From contig JBAZJY010000001.1 in the NCBI GenBank assembly GCA_041651115.1, positions 453,165-517,164 of the forward strand: a DNA stretch of 64,000 bases, read 5' to 3'. Source of the DNA: Candidatus Omnitrophota bacterium (GTDB lineage: Bacteria; Omnitrophota; Gorgyraeia; Gygaellales; Profunditerraquicolaceae). Positions 8,547 to 18,214 of the stretch are shown in pieces. The translations under genes were made by a program, and so were the position numbers. The notes below the pieces were generated by a model. The model ran no database searches. It worked only from the letters and a program-made list of their open reading frames with translations, and was not told the origin of the DNA. Positions within the stretch are counted from its first letter, which is position 1. Each line of letters starts with the position of its first letter.

Positions 8547-10597
8547 TCGTTTTTTTACTGATGAACCTCGTTGTCGTATTTACGGCATTGCTGCTGGCAT
8601 ATAAAATATTTAAATACCGCAGCCCCACCGACCTGTTCATTGCTTCGTTTATCTTGTACCTTTCCCAGGCTATTTCCACTCAACTTATCCTGGGGATAAT
8701 AAACGCGCTTACCCTGGAAAATGTCATTCTTCTTAATTCAGCCATCGCGCTCGGCGCCTGGTTCTTCTGCCGCCGGAAAAAAGCGTCTCTGGATACAAAA
8801 GAGATAAGAGAAGAGGCGGGCAGCCTGCTAAAAAACAAAGTCGTTATGCTTGCCATTGCCGTTATACTGGGATTCGGAATAACCAAGACTTTGGTTAATC
8901 TTGTTAATCCGCCCTTTGGCTGGGATGATCTTAATTATCACTTTACCTTTGCCGTAGAATGGCTAAAACACGCCAACCTCGGCATGCCGATCACGGTATC
9001 CGACGACCCCAGCCCGCCATATTACCCGATAAACGGTAGCTTATTTTTCCTTTGGCTGATCTGGCCGTTCAAAAGCGTATTTATGGCAGACCTTGGCCAG
9101 GTACCGTTTTTCATCCTCGCCTTTGTTTCAGTCTACGGTATCAGTAAAAAAATCGGCTTAACCCCAAGCGCCTCGTTTTTAGCCGCGAGTTTATTTTCGT
9201 TGATCCCGAATTACTTTAAACAATTACAGATCGCTTATGTGGACGTAATGGTCAGCAGCCTATTCTTGGCCTGCCTGAATTTCCTGTTTATATTAAAGAA
9301 TGATCTTTCTATAAAAAATACGCTTATTTGCGCAATGGGCTTAGGGCTTCTCTTGGGGACGAAAACCGTGGCTTTGCCATATTCCATATTATTGATCGCG
9401 CCGTTCCTATGCATGCTGGTAAAAAATAAAAAGAAGGCCGGCTTGCTGCTTATTTTTTTAACGGCAGCGACGGCGCTCGGTGCTTTTTCTTATTTACGCA
9501 ATTTCCTTGAGACAGGCAATCCCCTGTATCCACTGAACCTGCAGGCCTTCGGTAAAACAATCTTTAAGGGGGTTATGGATGCCGGAGTTTATCGCGCACA
9601 TTTTAAGCCGGAAGATTACCGCATTACTAAGCTGTTATTCCACGAAGGCATGGGGCTGCAGACAATCGTATTTATTTTTCCGGCAGCGTTATTGGCATTA
9701 CCACTGGCGATTATAAAAAACAGGGCAAAGGCCGGAGCGCTGACAATATATTTCCTGGCATTGCCGCTTTTAGGCTATCTTCTTTACAGATACGCGATCC
9801 CTCTGGCAAATACGCGTTACCTTTATCCGGTTTTAGCCTGCGGCATGGTCGCGGGTTTTTATTTAATCAAAGCCGTAAATATTCCTACCGGCGTTGTCAG
9901 TCTATTTTGCGCACTATCCCTAGTTGCGTCAATGGCAGAATTGGCAAAACAGCAAGAACTTATTGCTTCGCTTATATTCGTATTCCTGCTGTTATTATTG
10001 CTGCGGATCATCCCCCGGATAAGGAAACCGCTGCTGCTGCGTTGGCAGGCTTTAGCGGTTATCGCTGCCTGCGTTGTCATAGCTTTTCTCGTAGCGGCGG
10101 AAAAATACTACCAAAGAAATGAGTTTAAAAATTATCTAAAAATGGTAAAATATTCAGGTTTCTGGCCGGATGCGGCAAGGGCATGGGAGTGGCTTAATGA
10201 AAATACGGGTTCCGCGAATATTGCTTACACCGGAAGGCCGGTGCCATTTCCTTTGTACGGTAAAAATTTCAAAAATAATGTCTATTACGTTTCGGTAAAC
10301 CGCGTTGATCCGCCTAAATTGCATTATTTTCCGGATTCTCGTTATAGCTGGGGCGGTGATTTTAAGGAGCTGCATAAAAACCTGGAGAAAAACGGCAATT
10401 ACCGCGGCAATGCGGATTATTCAGCGTGGCTGGCTAACCTGTTAAAACGCAAGACAGACTATTTATTTATTTATTCTTTTCATCAGACCAAAGAAACCGG
10501 ATTTCCCATTGAGGAAAGATGGGCAACGGGCAACCCCGGCAGATTCACGCCGGTGTTCCGCAACGAAACGATCAGGATATTTAAGCTTATAAGATGA
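8543..10597 (+). CDS. GT-C-fold membrane glycosyltransferase (PMT_2/ArnT-like, GT39/GT83-like)
   Basis: 684 aa, more than 12 TM segments; an acidic first-loop motif FGWDDLNYH resembles the DE/DD motif of ArnT/PMT polyprenyl-P-sugar-dependent transferases. Confidence 0.55.
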   Translation: MIVFLLMNLVVVFTALLLAYKIFKYRSPTDLFIASFILYLSQAISTQLILGIINALTLENVILLNSAIALGAWFFCRRKKASLDTKEIREEAGSLLKNKVVMLAIAVILGFGITKTLVNLVNPPFGWDDLNYHFTFAVEWLKHANLGMPITVSDDPSPPYYPINGSLFFLWLIWPFKSVFMADLGQVPFFILAFVSVYGISKKIGLTPSASFLAASLFSLIPNYFKQLQIAYVDVMVSSLFLACLNFLFILKNDLSIKNTLICAMGLGLLLGTKTVALPYSILLIAPFLCMLVKNKKKAGLLLIFLTAATALGAFSYLRNFLETGNPLYPLNLQAFGKTIFKGVMDAGVYRAHFKPEDYRITKLLFHEGMGLQTIVFIFPAALLALPLAIIKNRAKAGALTIYFLALPLLGYLLYRYAIPLANTRYLYPVLACGMVAGFYLIKAVNIPTGVVSLFCALSLVASMAELAKQQELIASLIFVFLLLLLLRIIPRIRKPLLLRWQALAVIAACVVIAFLVAAEKYYQRNEFKNYLKMVKYSGFWPDAARAWEWLNENTGSANIAYTGRPVPFPLYGKNFKNNVYYVSVNRVDPPKLHYFPDSRYSWGGDFKELHKNLEKNGNYRGNADYSAWLANLLKRKTDYLFIYSFHQTKETGFPIEERWATGNPGRFTPVFRNETIRIFKLIR

Positions 10598-11301
10598 AGC
10601 TATCTATAATCATACCCGCGCATAACGAACAAGATAACATTGAAGAAACAATTACCCGGATGACGCGGACAATACCGCAGGAAATTGAATATGAGGCAGT
10701 AATCGTCAATGACCATTCCGTTGACCGCACAGCAGAGATCGTAACGGGTTTATGCAACCGGTTCCCTAATCTGCGCCTGGTGACTAATTCTGCGGCAGCA
10801 GGGTTTGCCAACGCGATTAAGGCGGGTTTTTCCGGCAGCCGGGGAGAGATATTTCTTCCGGTCATGGCAGACCTCTGCGACGACTTATCCGCGGTCAAGC
10901 CAATGTATGAAAAAATCCTTGCCGGTTACGACGTTGTCTGCGGCAGCCGGTATATAAAGGGCGGCAGCCGGCTTGGAGGCTCAAAGTTTAAAGGCGCGCT
11001 GTCCTGCCTTGCCGGCCGTTCAATCCATTTACTACTTGGCATTCCCACGCATGATATTGCCAACGCCTTTAAGATGTATAAAAAAAACGTGATTGACTCC
11101 ATAGAGATAAACGCTAAGGGATTTGAAATCTCAATGGAAATTCCGCTTAAGGCCTATTTCCGGGGATTTAAGATCGCCGAAGTGCCTACTGTCTGGAGGG
11201 AGCGCACTGCCGGAAAATCAAGCTTTAAGGTCTTTAAATTGCTGCCGGATTATCTCAAGCTCTACCTGTGGGCTATCCGTAAAAAAATATTGGGAGGATA
11301 A
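10594..11301 (+). CDS. GT2 polyprenyl-phosphate sugar synthase (DPM1/ArnC/GtrB-like), soluble form
   Basis: LSIIIPAHNEQDNIEE...VIVNDHSVDRT...YDVVCGSRY pattern of Dpm1-like GT2 enzymes. Confidence 0.7.
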   Translation: MKLSIIIPAHNEQDNIEETITRMTRTIPQEIEYEAVIVNDHSVDRTAEIVTGLCNRFPNLRLVTNSAAAGFANAIKAGFSGSRGEIFLPVMADLCDDLSAVKPMYEKILAGYDVVCGSRYIKGGSRLGGSKFKGALSCLAGRSIHLLLGIPTHDIANAFKMYKKNVIDSIEINAKGFEISMEIPLKAYFRGFKIAEVPTVWRERTAGKSSFKVFKLLPDYLKLYLWAIRKKILGG

Positions 11302-11979
11302 ATGCCGTTACTTTCAGTGATTCTGCCGGTTTATAACGAAGCCAATACCATAAAGCAGATCTTAGAAAAGATCAATTCTGTGAATATGGACAAGGAAGTC
11401 ATTGTCGTGGATGACGGATCTACCGACGGGACCGACCATATATTGAACGAGATCAAATTCGCCAACTTAAAGATCATCCACCATACTTCCAACCGCGGTA
11501 AGGGCGCGGCTTTCCTGACCGGGCTTGCGCATGCGCAGGGCGAGTACGTGATCGTCCAGGACGCCGACCTTGAATACGACCCGGCTGACTATCTCCGGCT
11601 GATTAACATAATACAAGAAAACACGGCAGATATGGTTTTAGGGGCAAGGTTTACAAAAGGTTACCACGGCCTGCTGATGCCACGGCTGGGCAACCGCTTC
11701 CTTACGGCGCTGATCAACCTGCTGTTTAAGGCGCGGCTCAATGACTGCCTTACCTGTTACAAATTAGCCCACCGGCAAACTTTTAATGCCATGGGCCTTA
11801 AGTCCGCGAAGTTCGACATGGAAATCGAGATAGTTGCCAAGGCCCTGAAAAACAAATTAAGGATAACCGAGGTGCCGATCTCTTACCAGCCGCGGAATTA
11901 TTCCGAAGGTAAAAAAATACGCTGGGCTGACGGCATACACGCGATCCTCGCGATCCTAAAATACCGTTTTTCCAGATGA
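11302..11979 (+). CDS. GT2 polyprenyl-phosphate sugar synthase (DPM1-like), second paralog
   Basis: LSVILPVYNEANTI...VVDDGSTDGT...VQDADLEYDP; tandem to the previous DPM1-like gene. Confidence 0.7.
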   Translation: MPLLSVILPVYNEANTIKQILEKINSVNMDKEVIVVDDGSTDGTDHILNEIKFANLKIIHHTSNRGKGAAFLTGLAHAQGEYVIVQDADLEYDPADYLRLINIIQENTADMVLGARFTKGYHGLLMPRLGNRFLTALINLLFKARLNDCLTCYKLAHRQTFNAMGLKSAKFDMEIEIVAKALKNKLRITEVPISYQPRNYSEGKKIRWADGIHAILAILKYRFSR

Positions 11980-13214
11980 AGACGACCGCGTTCTTGGATT
12001 CAGCGATCCGCTGGCTGATCATACTCCTGCCGTTTTCCATCGCGATTGCGCCTGCCCCGGCAAATGTTTTTATGGGGCTCTTGATCGCGTCATTCCTTGT
12101 GAAGAAAGCCATAAAAAGAGAGCGGCTCTTTGTAAAAACTTCGATCAATTATCCGCTTTTACTGTTATTCATTATCACTTGCCTGTCTGTCATTAATTCC
12201 GTTAATCTCCGCGATACGTTAAGGGGAGGGGTATTCCGGCTGCTGCAATATAGCTTTGTTTTTATGATCGCGGCATCGGAAGTTAAAAACAGAAAGCATC
12301 TCGCAAAAATATTTATTGCCGCGGCTTGCGGCCTGGCCTTGGCCTCTATTGATGCTATATGGCAGGTTACAAGCGGCAGGGATTTTGTGAGGGGCTACCC
12401 GTCATCCATCGTAATGGGGCTTGTCCGCGCAACCGCTTCATTTAACGACCCTAACATATTAGGAGTATATTTAAGCGCATTGGCCCCGTTAATATTCGGG
12501 ATCGCGTTATACGCCCATAAGCGCCCGGTAAAAATAGCTGCGGCGTTTTTTAGCCTGGCAGCGCTTGCCGGCATAGCCCTGACATATTCCCGGCCAACGC
12601 TTCTGGCAACCTATGCCGCCTTGTTCTTTCTTGGGATCGCGAGAAAAAACAAACCCCTAATTCTGGCTTTAGTCGCTATGATCATAATTGCGCCGTTTAT
12701 CGCGCCCCAAAGCATAAAAGACTGGGCAAAACAGGTTGAATATAACCCCGTAAGGTTCTTCTGTAACGACGACCGGATCGCGGTCTACCGAAATTCCCTG
12801 CGAATGATAAAAGCGCACCCTCTGCTGGGCGTGGGCGCCAATGCGTTCATGAAAAGCTACGGAAAATACAAGGAATACCCGGAATACCGCAACGTAGTTA
12901 CCCTTGATGCCATGCAGGCGCATAATAATTTTCTGCATATGGCAGGAGAGATCGGCCTCACAGGCTTAAGCATCTTTCTCTGGTTGCTTTACGGATTATT
13001 CAAAGGCTGTTCTGATATATACCGCCGCCTAAAAGATGAGCAACTCCGGGTCGCATTGGTCTCGCTTACAGCTTCTTTAATCGCTTTTCTCGTCAATGGC
13101 CTGACCGAGAGCAGCCTGTATTCTTCAAGGGTTGCCGTATTGTTCTGGTTCCTGGCCGGGCTTGCCTTGGCGCTAAACAATTTTACCGATGCCGCTAAAC
13201 AGCAAAACAATTAA
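11976..13214 (+). CDS. O-antigen ligase family protein (Wzy_C domain; WaaL/Wzy-like)
   Basis: 412 aa, 10-12 TM segments; AHNNFLHMAGEIGLTGL periplasmic-loop motif typical of the Wzy_C/O-antigen ligase domain. Confidence 0.65.
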   Translation: MKTTAFLDSAIRWLIILLPFSIAIAPAPANVFMGLLIASFLVKKAIKRERLFVKTSINYPLLLLFIITCLSVINSVNLRDTLRGGVFRLLQYSFVFMIAASEVKNRKHLAKIFIAAACGLALASIDAIWQVTSGRDFVRGYPSSIVMGLVRATASFNDPNILGVYLSALAPLIFGIALYAHKRPVKIAAAFFSLAALAGIALTYSRPTLLATYAALFFLGIARKNKPLILALVAMIIIAPFIAPQSIKDWAKQVEYNPVRFFCNDDRIAVYRNSLRMIKAHPLLGVGANAFMKSYGKYKEYPEYRNVVTLDAMQAHNNFLHMAGEIGLTGLSIFLWLLYGLFKGCSDIYRRLKDEQLRVALVSLTASLIAFLVNGLTESSLYSSRVAVLFWFLAGLALALNNFTDAAKQQNN

Positions 13215-14190
13215 AAACATTCTTGTCTGCCGCAATGACCGGTTCGGCGAATTCCTGCTCAACATACCGGCAATGCGCGCGCTGAAAGAAACTTTTCCAG
13301 ACGCAAAAATCATTGCCATCACCGACCCTTATGTAAAAGAGCTGGCCGGCTGCATACCATTCATTGATGAAATAATCTGCTGGAATGCCAAACCGCATTC
13401 GTTTATCGAACGCTTAAAACTGATCGCGGCCTTACGCAAAAAACATTTTGACATTGCCGTAATATTGAATCCGACCGGGGAAATGCATATGCTTACGGCT
13501 CTGGCAGGTATACCGGTAAGGCTGGGATATGACCGTAAATGCGGTTTTTTGCTCACGCACCGCTTAAAGGATAGAAAGCATTTAGAAGAGAAACACGAAA
13601 TCGCATATAACCTGGACCTAGTCAGCCTGATCGGGGCCAAAACCAACAACTTAGACCTTTCCTTGAGCATAAATGATGATATAATCAAACAGTCGATGAA
13701 CCTTCTTGAACTTGCGAATGTCAATCCCGAAGGGCGATCCGACAATATCCTGGCGGCTATCCATCCCTGGACCAGCGACCCGGTTAAAAAATGGCCAACT
13801 GCTAATTTTCTGCAATTGGCGCAAAGCCTTGCGCAGGACCCCCGCCTGACCGTACTGATCATCGGAGGCAAAGAAGAAGAGGACAACGCCGGGATTTTTA
13901 AGAATGCGCATAGCCGTATTATTGACCTTACCGGCAAGACATCCCTGACGCGGTTGGCAGCTGTTCTGCAAAGATGCGCATTATTAATATCATGCGATAG
14001 CGGGCCGGTCCATCTTGCTACGGCAGTCAAGATACCGGTGCTGGCTATATTCAGGAATGACCTTCCGGGTAAAAGCGCCTTAAGATGGGGGCCGGCCGGA
14101 AAAAACGCGTTTGTCATTGAGGACAGCCGGTTAGAAAATATTCCGGTAAATACGGTACTTGATAAAGCAAGAGAGATCCTTTCTATATAG
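13189..14190 (+). CDS. Glycosyltransferase family 9 (LPS heptosyltransferase-like)
   Basis: ILVCRNDRFGEFLLNIPAMRALK N-terminus and C-terminal CDSGPVHLA motif of GT9 heptosyltransferases. Confidence 0.7.
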   Translation: MPLNSKTIKNILVCRNDRFGEFLLNIPAMRALKETFPDAKIIAITDPYVKELAGCIPFIDEIICWNAKPHSFIERLKLIAALRKKHFDIAVILNPTGEMHMLTALAGIPVRLGYDRKCGFLLTHRLKDRKHLEEKHEIAYNLDLVSLIGAKTNNLDLSLSINDDIIKQSMNLLELANVNPEGRSDNILAAIHPWTSDPVKKWPTANFLQLAQSLAQDPRLTVLIIGGKEEEDNAGIFKNAHSRIIDLTGKTSLTRLAAVLQRCALLISCDSGPVHLATAVKIPVLAIFRNDLPGKSALRWGPAGKNAFVIEDSRLENIPVNTVLDKAREILSI

Positions 14191-14197
14191 GACAGCT

Positions 14198-15283
14198 GTG
14201 GAAAAATTTCTCATCATTAATCCCTTTGGTATCGGCGACGTCCTGTTTACTACGCCGCTGATTAAGGCAATAAAACAAGCCTATCCCCAGGCCCCGGTCA
14301 GCTATTGGTGCAATGAACGGGTCAAGGAGATCTTTAAAAACAACCCCGATATTGACAAAGTATTCGCCCTGTCGCGGGGCGACCTGAAGAAGATCTTTCA
14401 AAGATCAAAATTAGAAGGCATAACGGCCTTTTGGCGGCTACTACAAGGGATCAAAAAAGAACGCTTCAGCACGGCCATTGATTTTTCCCTTGACCACCGT
14501 TACGGACTTATCGCTAAGCTATTGGGAATAAAGCAGCGCATCGGGTTTAACTATAAGAACCGGGGACGTTTCCTTACGCATAAACGCAGGTTGGAAAGCT
14601 ACGAAGGCCGGCATGTCGTAGAGTATTATCTCAGTCTTTTAGAATTCCTGGGCATAACGCCAAAAAGCAAAGACCTGGAAATATCCATCCCGGATGCCGG
14701 CAGGGCCCGCGCAGAAAATATTCTTAACCGCGCCGGGATAACGCCGAAAGATACCGTCGTAGGCATTGCCGCCGGAGCCGGGGCAAGCTGGGGCCAAAAT
14801 GCTTCATATAAACATTGGCCGGCGATCAAATACGCCCAATTAGCCGACAAAATAATCGAAAGCTGCGGAGCGCGGGTGATTATTTTAGGCGACAGTTCGG
14901 AATCACCTATCGCCGATATTATCACGGCGGCAATGAAGAATAACCCGGTTGACCTGACCGGAAAGCTCAGCCTGACGGAATTACTCGCGGTGATCGCAAA
15001 ACTTAACCTTCTCATAACTAATGACGGAGGGCCGCTGCACATTGCCGTAGCCTGCGGGGTAAAGACCGTATCCATATTCGGCCCGGTGGACAGCGCGGTT
15101 TACGGCCCGTATCCGCCGTCGGAAAAACACCTGGTCATCAAGAATAACAGCGCCTGCGGCCCGTGTTATAAAAATTTTAAACTGGATATTTGCGTGCATG
15201 ATAAAGAATGCATAAATTCAATCTCAACCGAAGAAGTATTCGCGGCTGTATCCCGTCAGCTGGGCGTAAGGAGCCAACTATGA
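14198..15283 (+). CDS. Glycosyltransferase family 9 (heptosyltransferase-like), second paralog
   Basis: FLIINPFGIGDVLFTTPLIKAIK ... NDGGPLHIAVA; I placed the start at GTG 14198, just after the upstream stop, instead of the ORF-track ATG 14159 that overlaps the preceding gene. Confidence 0.65.
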   Translation: MEKFLIINPFGIGDVLFTTPLIKAIKQAYPQAPVSYWCNERVKEIFKNNPDIDKVFALSRGDLKKIFQRSKLEGITAFWRLLQGIKKERFSTAIDFSLDHRYGLIAKLLGIKQRIGFNYKNRGRFLTHKRRLESYEGRHVVEYYLSLLEFLGITPKSKDLEISIPDAGRARAENILNRAGITPKDTVVGIAAGAGASWGQNASYKHWPAIKYAQLADKIIESCGARVIILGDSSESPIADIITAAMKNNPVDLTGKLSLTELLAVIAKLNLLITNDGGPLHIAVACGVKTVSIFGPVDSAVYGPYPPSEKHLVIKNNSACGPCYKNFKLDICVHDKECINSISTEEVFAAVSRQLGVRSQL

Positions 15284-16428
15284 AAATACCCTTCACGGAC
15301 TTAAATTTGCTGCATCGGAAAATAAGGAAAGAACTCCTCAGCTCAACGGAAAAAGTACTGCGCAGGTCAGACTTTATCCTCGGAGAAGAAGTCCGCCTGT
15401 TTGAAGCTGAATTTGCCAAATTTTGCGGCTGCCGGTTTAGCGTCGGCCTGAATTCAGGCACAGATGCGCTATTTTTTGCCTTAAAGGCGCTGGGCATTGG
15501 CCCGGGAGATGAAGTGATCGTCCCGGCATTTACCTATATCGCAACCGCCTTTGCCGTTACATATACGGGCGCAAAGCCGGTATTCGTGGATATAGAGGAA
15601 CATACCTATAATATCAATGCGGCAAAAATTGAGCGGGCAATAACAAAGCGCACAAAAGCAATCATTCCCGTGCATCTTTACGGCCAGCCGGTAAATATGC
15701 CACAGATCATAAAGATCGCCAAGGCGTATGGGCTCAAGGTAATTGAAGACGCTGCCCAGGCGCACGCGGCAACAGTTGAACTTCCCGGAGGAAAACGGAA
15801 AAAAACCGGGGCCATAGGAGACATCGGCTGTTTTAGTTTTTACCCGACCAAGAACCTCGGCGCTTTAGGTGACGGCGGAGCAATCACCACCAATAATGAA
15901 GATATCTACCGCAAGATAATCAGGCTGCGGGATTACGGCAGGGTTTCCCGATATGAACATGCCTCGGTCGGATACAATTCCCGCCTGGACACGCTTCAGG
16001 CCGGCATGCTGCGCGTAAAATTAAGAAAACTGGAAAACTGGACTGCACTGCGTAGAAAAGCCGCAGCCTGCTATAACCGGCTGCTTGAAAGAACTAACGG
16101 TTTGATCACCCCGTTTGAAGCTGACGGCGTAAAACACGTTTACCACGTATATGCGCTGCGGATCATGGAGCGTGACGTGTTGGCCGACTACCTGCAAAAA
16201 AAAGGCATCAGCGTGCTTATCCATTATCCGAAACCGCTGCACCTGCAGGATGCCTATAAAAACCTGGGGTATAAAATGGGTGACTTTCCCTGCGCGGAAA
16301 AAATATCGCTTGAAATAATCTCACTGCCGATATATCCTTTTATGAACAACCAACAGATAAAATTCGTCGCTGACGCGATAAAAAATTTCTTAAAGGAACA
16401 ATGGAAGAAAAGATCCCCGTATCGGTAA
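15280..16428 (+). CDS. DegT/DnrJ/EryC1/StrS family PLP-dependent sugar aminotransferase
   Basis: FTDLN..., GDEVIVPAFTYIATA, SFYPTKNLGALGDGG (PLP lysine region); start at ATG 15280 (ATGA overlap with the upstream stop) rather than the track start 15208. Confidence 0.8.
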   Translation: MKIPFTDLNLLHRKIRKELLSSTEKVLRRSDFILGEEVRLFEAEFAKFCGCRFSVGLNSGTDALFFALKALGIGPGDEVIVPAFTYIATAFAVTYTGAKPVFVDIEEHTYNINAAKIERAITKRTKAIIPVHLYGQPVNMPQIIKIAKAYGLKVIEDAAQAHAATVELPGGKRKKTGAIGDIGCFSFYPTKNLGALGDGGAITTNNEDIYRKIIRLRDYGRVSRYEHASVGYNSRLDTLQAGMLRVKLRKLENWTALRRKAAACYNRLLERTNGLITPFEADGVKHVYHVYALRIMERDVLADYLQKKGISVLIHYPKPLHLQDAYKNLGYKMGDFPCAEKISLEIISLPIYPFMNNQQIKFVADAIKNFLKEQWKKRSPYR

Positions 16429-17174
16429 TCATTCTGACCAAAAACGAAGAAGCCAGGATTGCCGCCTGCCTTGAGTCCGCGATGTGGGCGGACGAAATCA
16501 TCGTTGTTGATGACGGTTCAAACGACAATACCGTGGCAATCGTAAAAAAATACACGCAAAACGTGCTCGTTAAAAAAATGGACATTGAAGGCCGGCACAG
16601 GAACTGGGCATATGCGCAGGCAAAAAACCAGTGGGTATTAAGCCTTGATGCCGATGAAATCGTGACCCCGGAGCTAGAAGAAGAGATCGCTGCCGTCTTA
16701 AAAAATGCGCCCCGGGAAAACGGTTTTACGATTCCGCGCCGTAACTATATCGGCGACTACTGGGTAAAATACGGCGGCTGGTATCCCAGCCCGCAGCTTA
16801 AACTCTTTAAAAAGGATAAGTTCCGCTACGAAGAAGCCGCGGTGCACCCGCGCGCCTTCATGGACGATCCTTGCGGGCATTTAAAGAACGACCTAATACA
16901 CTACTCTTACCGCAACATTGAAGATTTCCTACGCAAGCTCAATAACCAGACTACTTACGAAGCGCAAAAATGGCTCGACCAGAATAAACCGATGCGGCTT
17001 GGGAGGTTCGTTTACCGCAGCATAGACAGGTTTGTGCGCACGTATTTTGTGCGCAAAGGATACAAAGACGGCTTTATCGGTTTTACCATTGCCTATTTTG
17101 CCGCTTTATATCAGTTTATCAGCTATTTAAAATACCGTGAATTAACCATAAAAGGAAAGGGAGATCGTAAATGA
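16401..17174 (+). CDS. Family 2 glycosyltransferase (WaaE/KdtX-like LPS core GT)
   Basis: VSVIILTKNEEARIAACLES...IIVVDDGSNDNT...SLDADE motifs. Confidence 0.65.
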   Translation: MEEKIPVSVIILTKNEEARIAACLESAMWADEIIVVDDGSNDNTVAIVKKYTQNVLVKKMDIEGRHRNWAYAQAKNQWVLSLDADEIVTPELEEEIAAVLKNAPRENGFTIPRRNYIGDYWVKYGGWYPSPQLKLFKKDKFRYEEAAVHPRAFMDDPCGHLKNDLIHYSYRNIEDFLRKLNNQTTYEAQKWLDQNKPMRLGRFVYRSIDRFVRTYFVRKGYKDGFIGFTIAYFAALYQFISYLKYRELTIKGKGDRK

Positions 17175-18214
17175 AGATACTTATCACCGGAGGAGCGGGC
17201 CTTGTCGGATCGCATTGCGCGGAATTTTTCGCCGGGGAAAATCCGAAGAATAAAGTCATTGTCCTGGATAACCTGATGCGCTCAAAAATATTCGGTTACG
17301 ACAAGAATTCCGTGGAATTTAACTGGAATTACCTGAAAAAATTCAGAAATATAGAGCTGATCAAAGGCGATGTCCGCGACGATAGAGACGTTGCCAAAGC
17401 CATCGGCAAAGGCGTAGATGTGGTAATCCATACCGCAGGCCAGCCCGGAGTGCCCTCAAGCGTGCGTATGCCCAAAGAAGATTTCAGCATCAATGCCTTC
17501 GGCACGCTCAACGTCCTTGAGGCCGCGCGCAAAAAATCCAAAGACACGGTGATCATTTATTGTTCTACGAACAAAGTTTACGGTGAAAACGTTGATAGCC
17601 TGGCCCTGCAAGAAAAAGAAAGCCGCTATGTGTTTAAGGATATTTCCGGCGTATCCGAGGCCATGCTTACCGACCTCACCGGCCATACCCCATACGGAGT
17701 TTCTAAATTAGTCGGCGACCTCTATGTCCAGGAATACAGCCATATCTATAAAATGAAAACCGCGGTTTTCCGGATGTCCTGCACTTACGGTACGCGGCAA
17801 TTCGGTTTTGAAGATCAAGGCTGGGTCGCCTGGTTCATTATTGCCACGCTTTTTAACAAACCGATAACCATTTACGGAAACGGCAAGCAGGTACGCGATA
17901 TGCTCTATGCCGACGACTTGGTGGACGCATTCAATTGCTTTATTAAAAGCGACCTCAAACGCGGCCTCTTTAATATCGGCGGCGGGCCGAATAATACGAT
18001 CTCGCTCCTGGAATTCCTTGATGAGCTAAAGGCACTTACCGGCAAATCGCCCAAGGTCAAATACGCTGACTGGCGGCCGTCAGACCAAAAGGTATACGTC
18101 ACCGACACAACAAAACTGGAAAAAACCCTGGGCTGGAAGATTAAGATCCCGGTCAGGGAAGGCTTAAGGAAGCTGGCCTGTTGGATCAAAGAAAATAAAA
18201 CGTACTTTAAATGA
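17171..18214 (+). CDS. NAD-dependent epimerase/dehydratase (SDR, sugar-nucleotide modifying)
   Basis: ILITGGAGLVGSH Rossmann motif and catalytic YGVSK (YxxxK). Confidence 0.75.
   Translation: MKILITGGAGLVGSHCAEFFAGENPKNKVIVLDNLMRSKIFGYDKNSVEFNWNYLKKFRNIELIKGDVRDDRDVAKAIGKGVDVVIHTAGQPGVPSSVRMPKEDFSINAFGTLNVLEAARKKSKDTVIIYCSTNKVYGENVDSLALQEKESRYVFKDISGVSEAMLTDLTGHTPYGVSKLVGDLYVQEYSHIYKMKTAVFRMSCTYGTRQFGFEDQGWVAWFIIATLFNKPITIYGNGKQVRDMLYADDLVDAFNCFIKSDLKRGLFNIGGGPNNTISLLEFLDELKALTGKSPKVKYADWRPSDQKVYVTDTTKLEKTLGWKIKIPVREGLRKLACWIKENKTYFK

Noticed and set aside
13329-14117. Long antisense ORFs, for example 13329-14117 (-), 28734-29351 (-), 38092-38655 (-), 40460-41323 (-), 52025-52654 (-), 54242-54997 (-), 57581-58225 (-), 60242-61057 (-) and 62820-63551 (-).
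   Set aside because: Each lies entirely inside a well-supported + strand gene with clear family motifs. Their translations are low-complexity (Ser/Ala/Arg-rich) with no recognisable domains. They are shadow ORFs of the coding strand.
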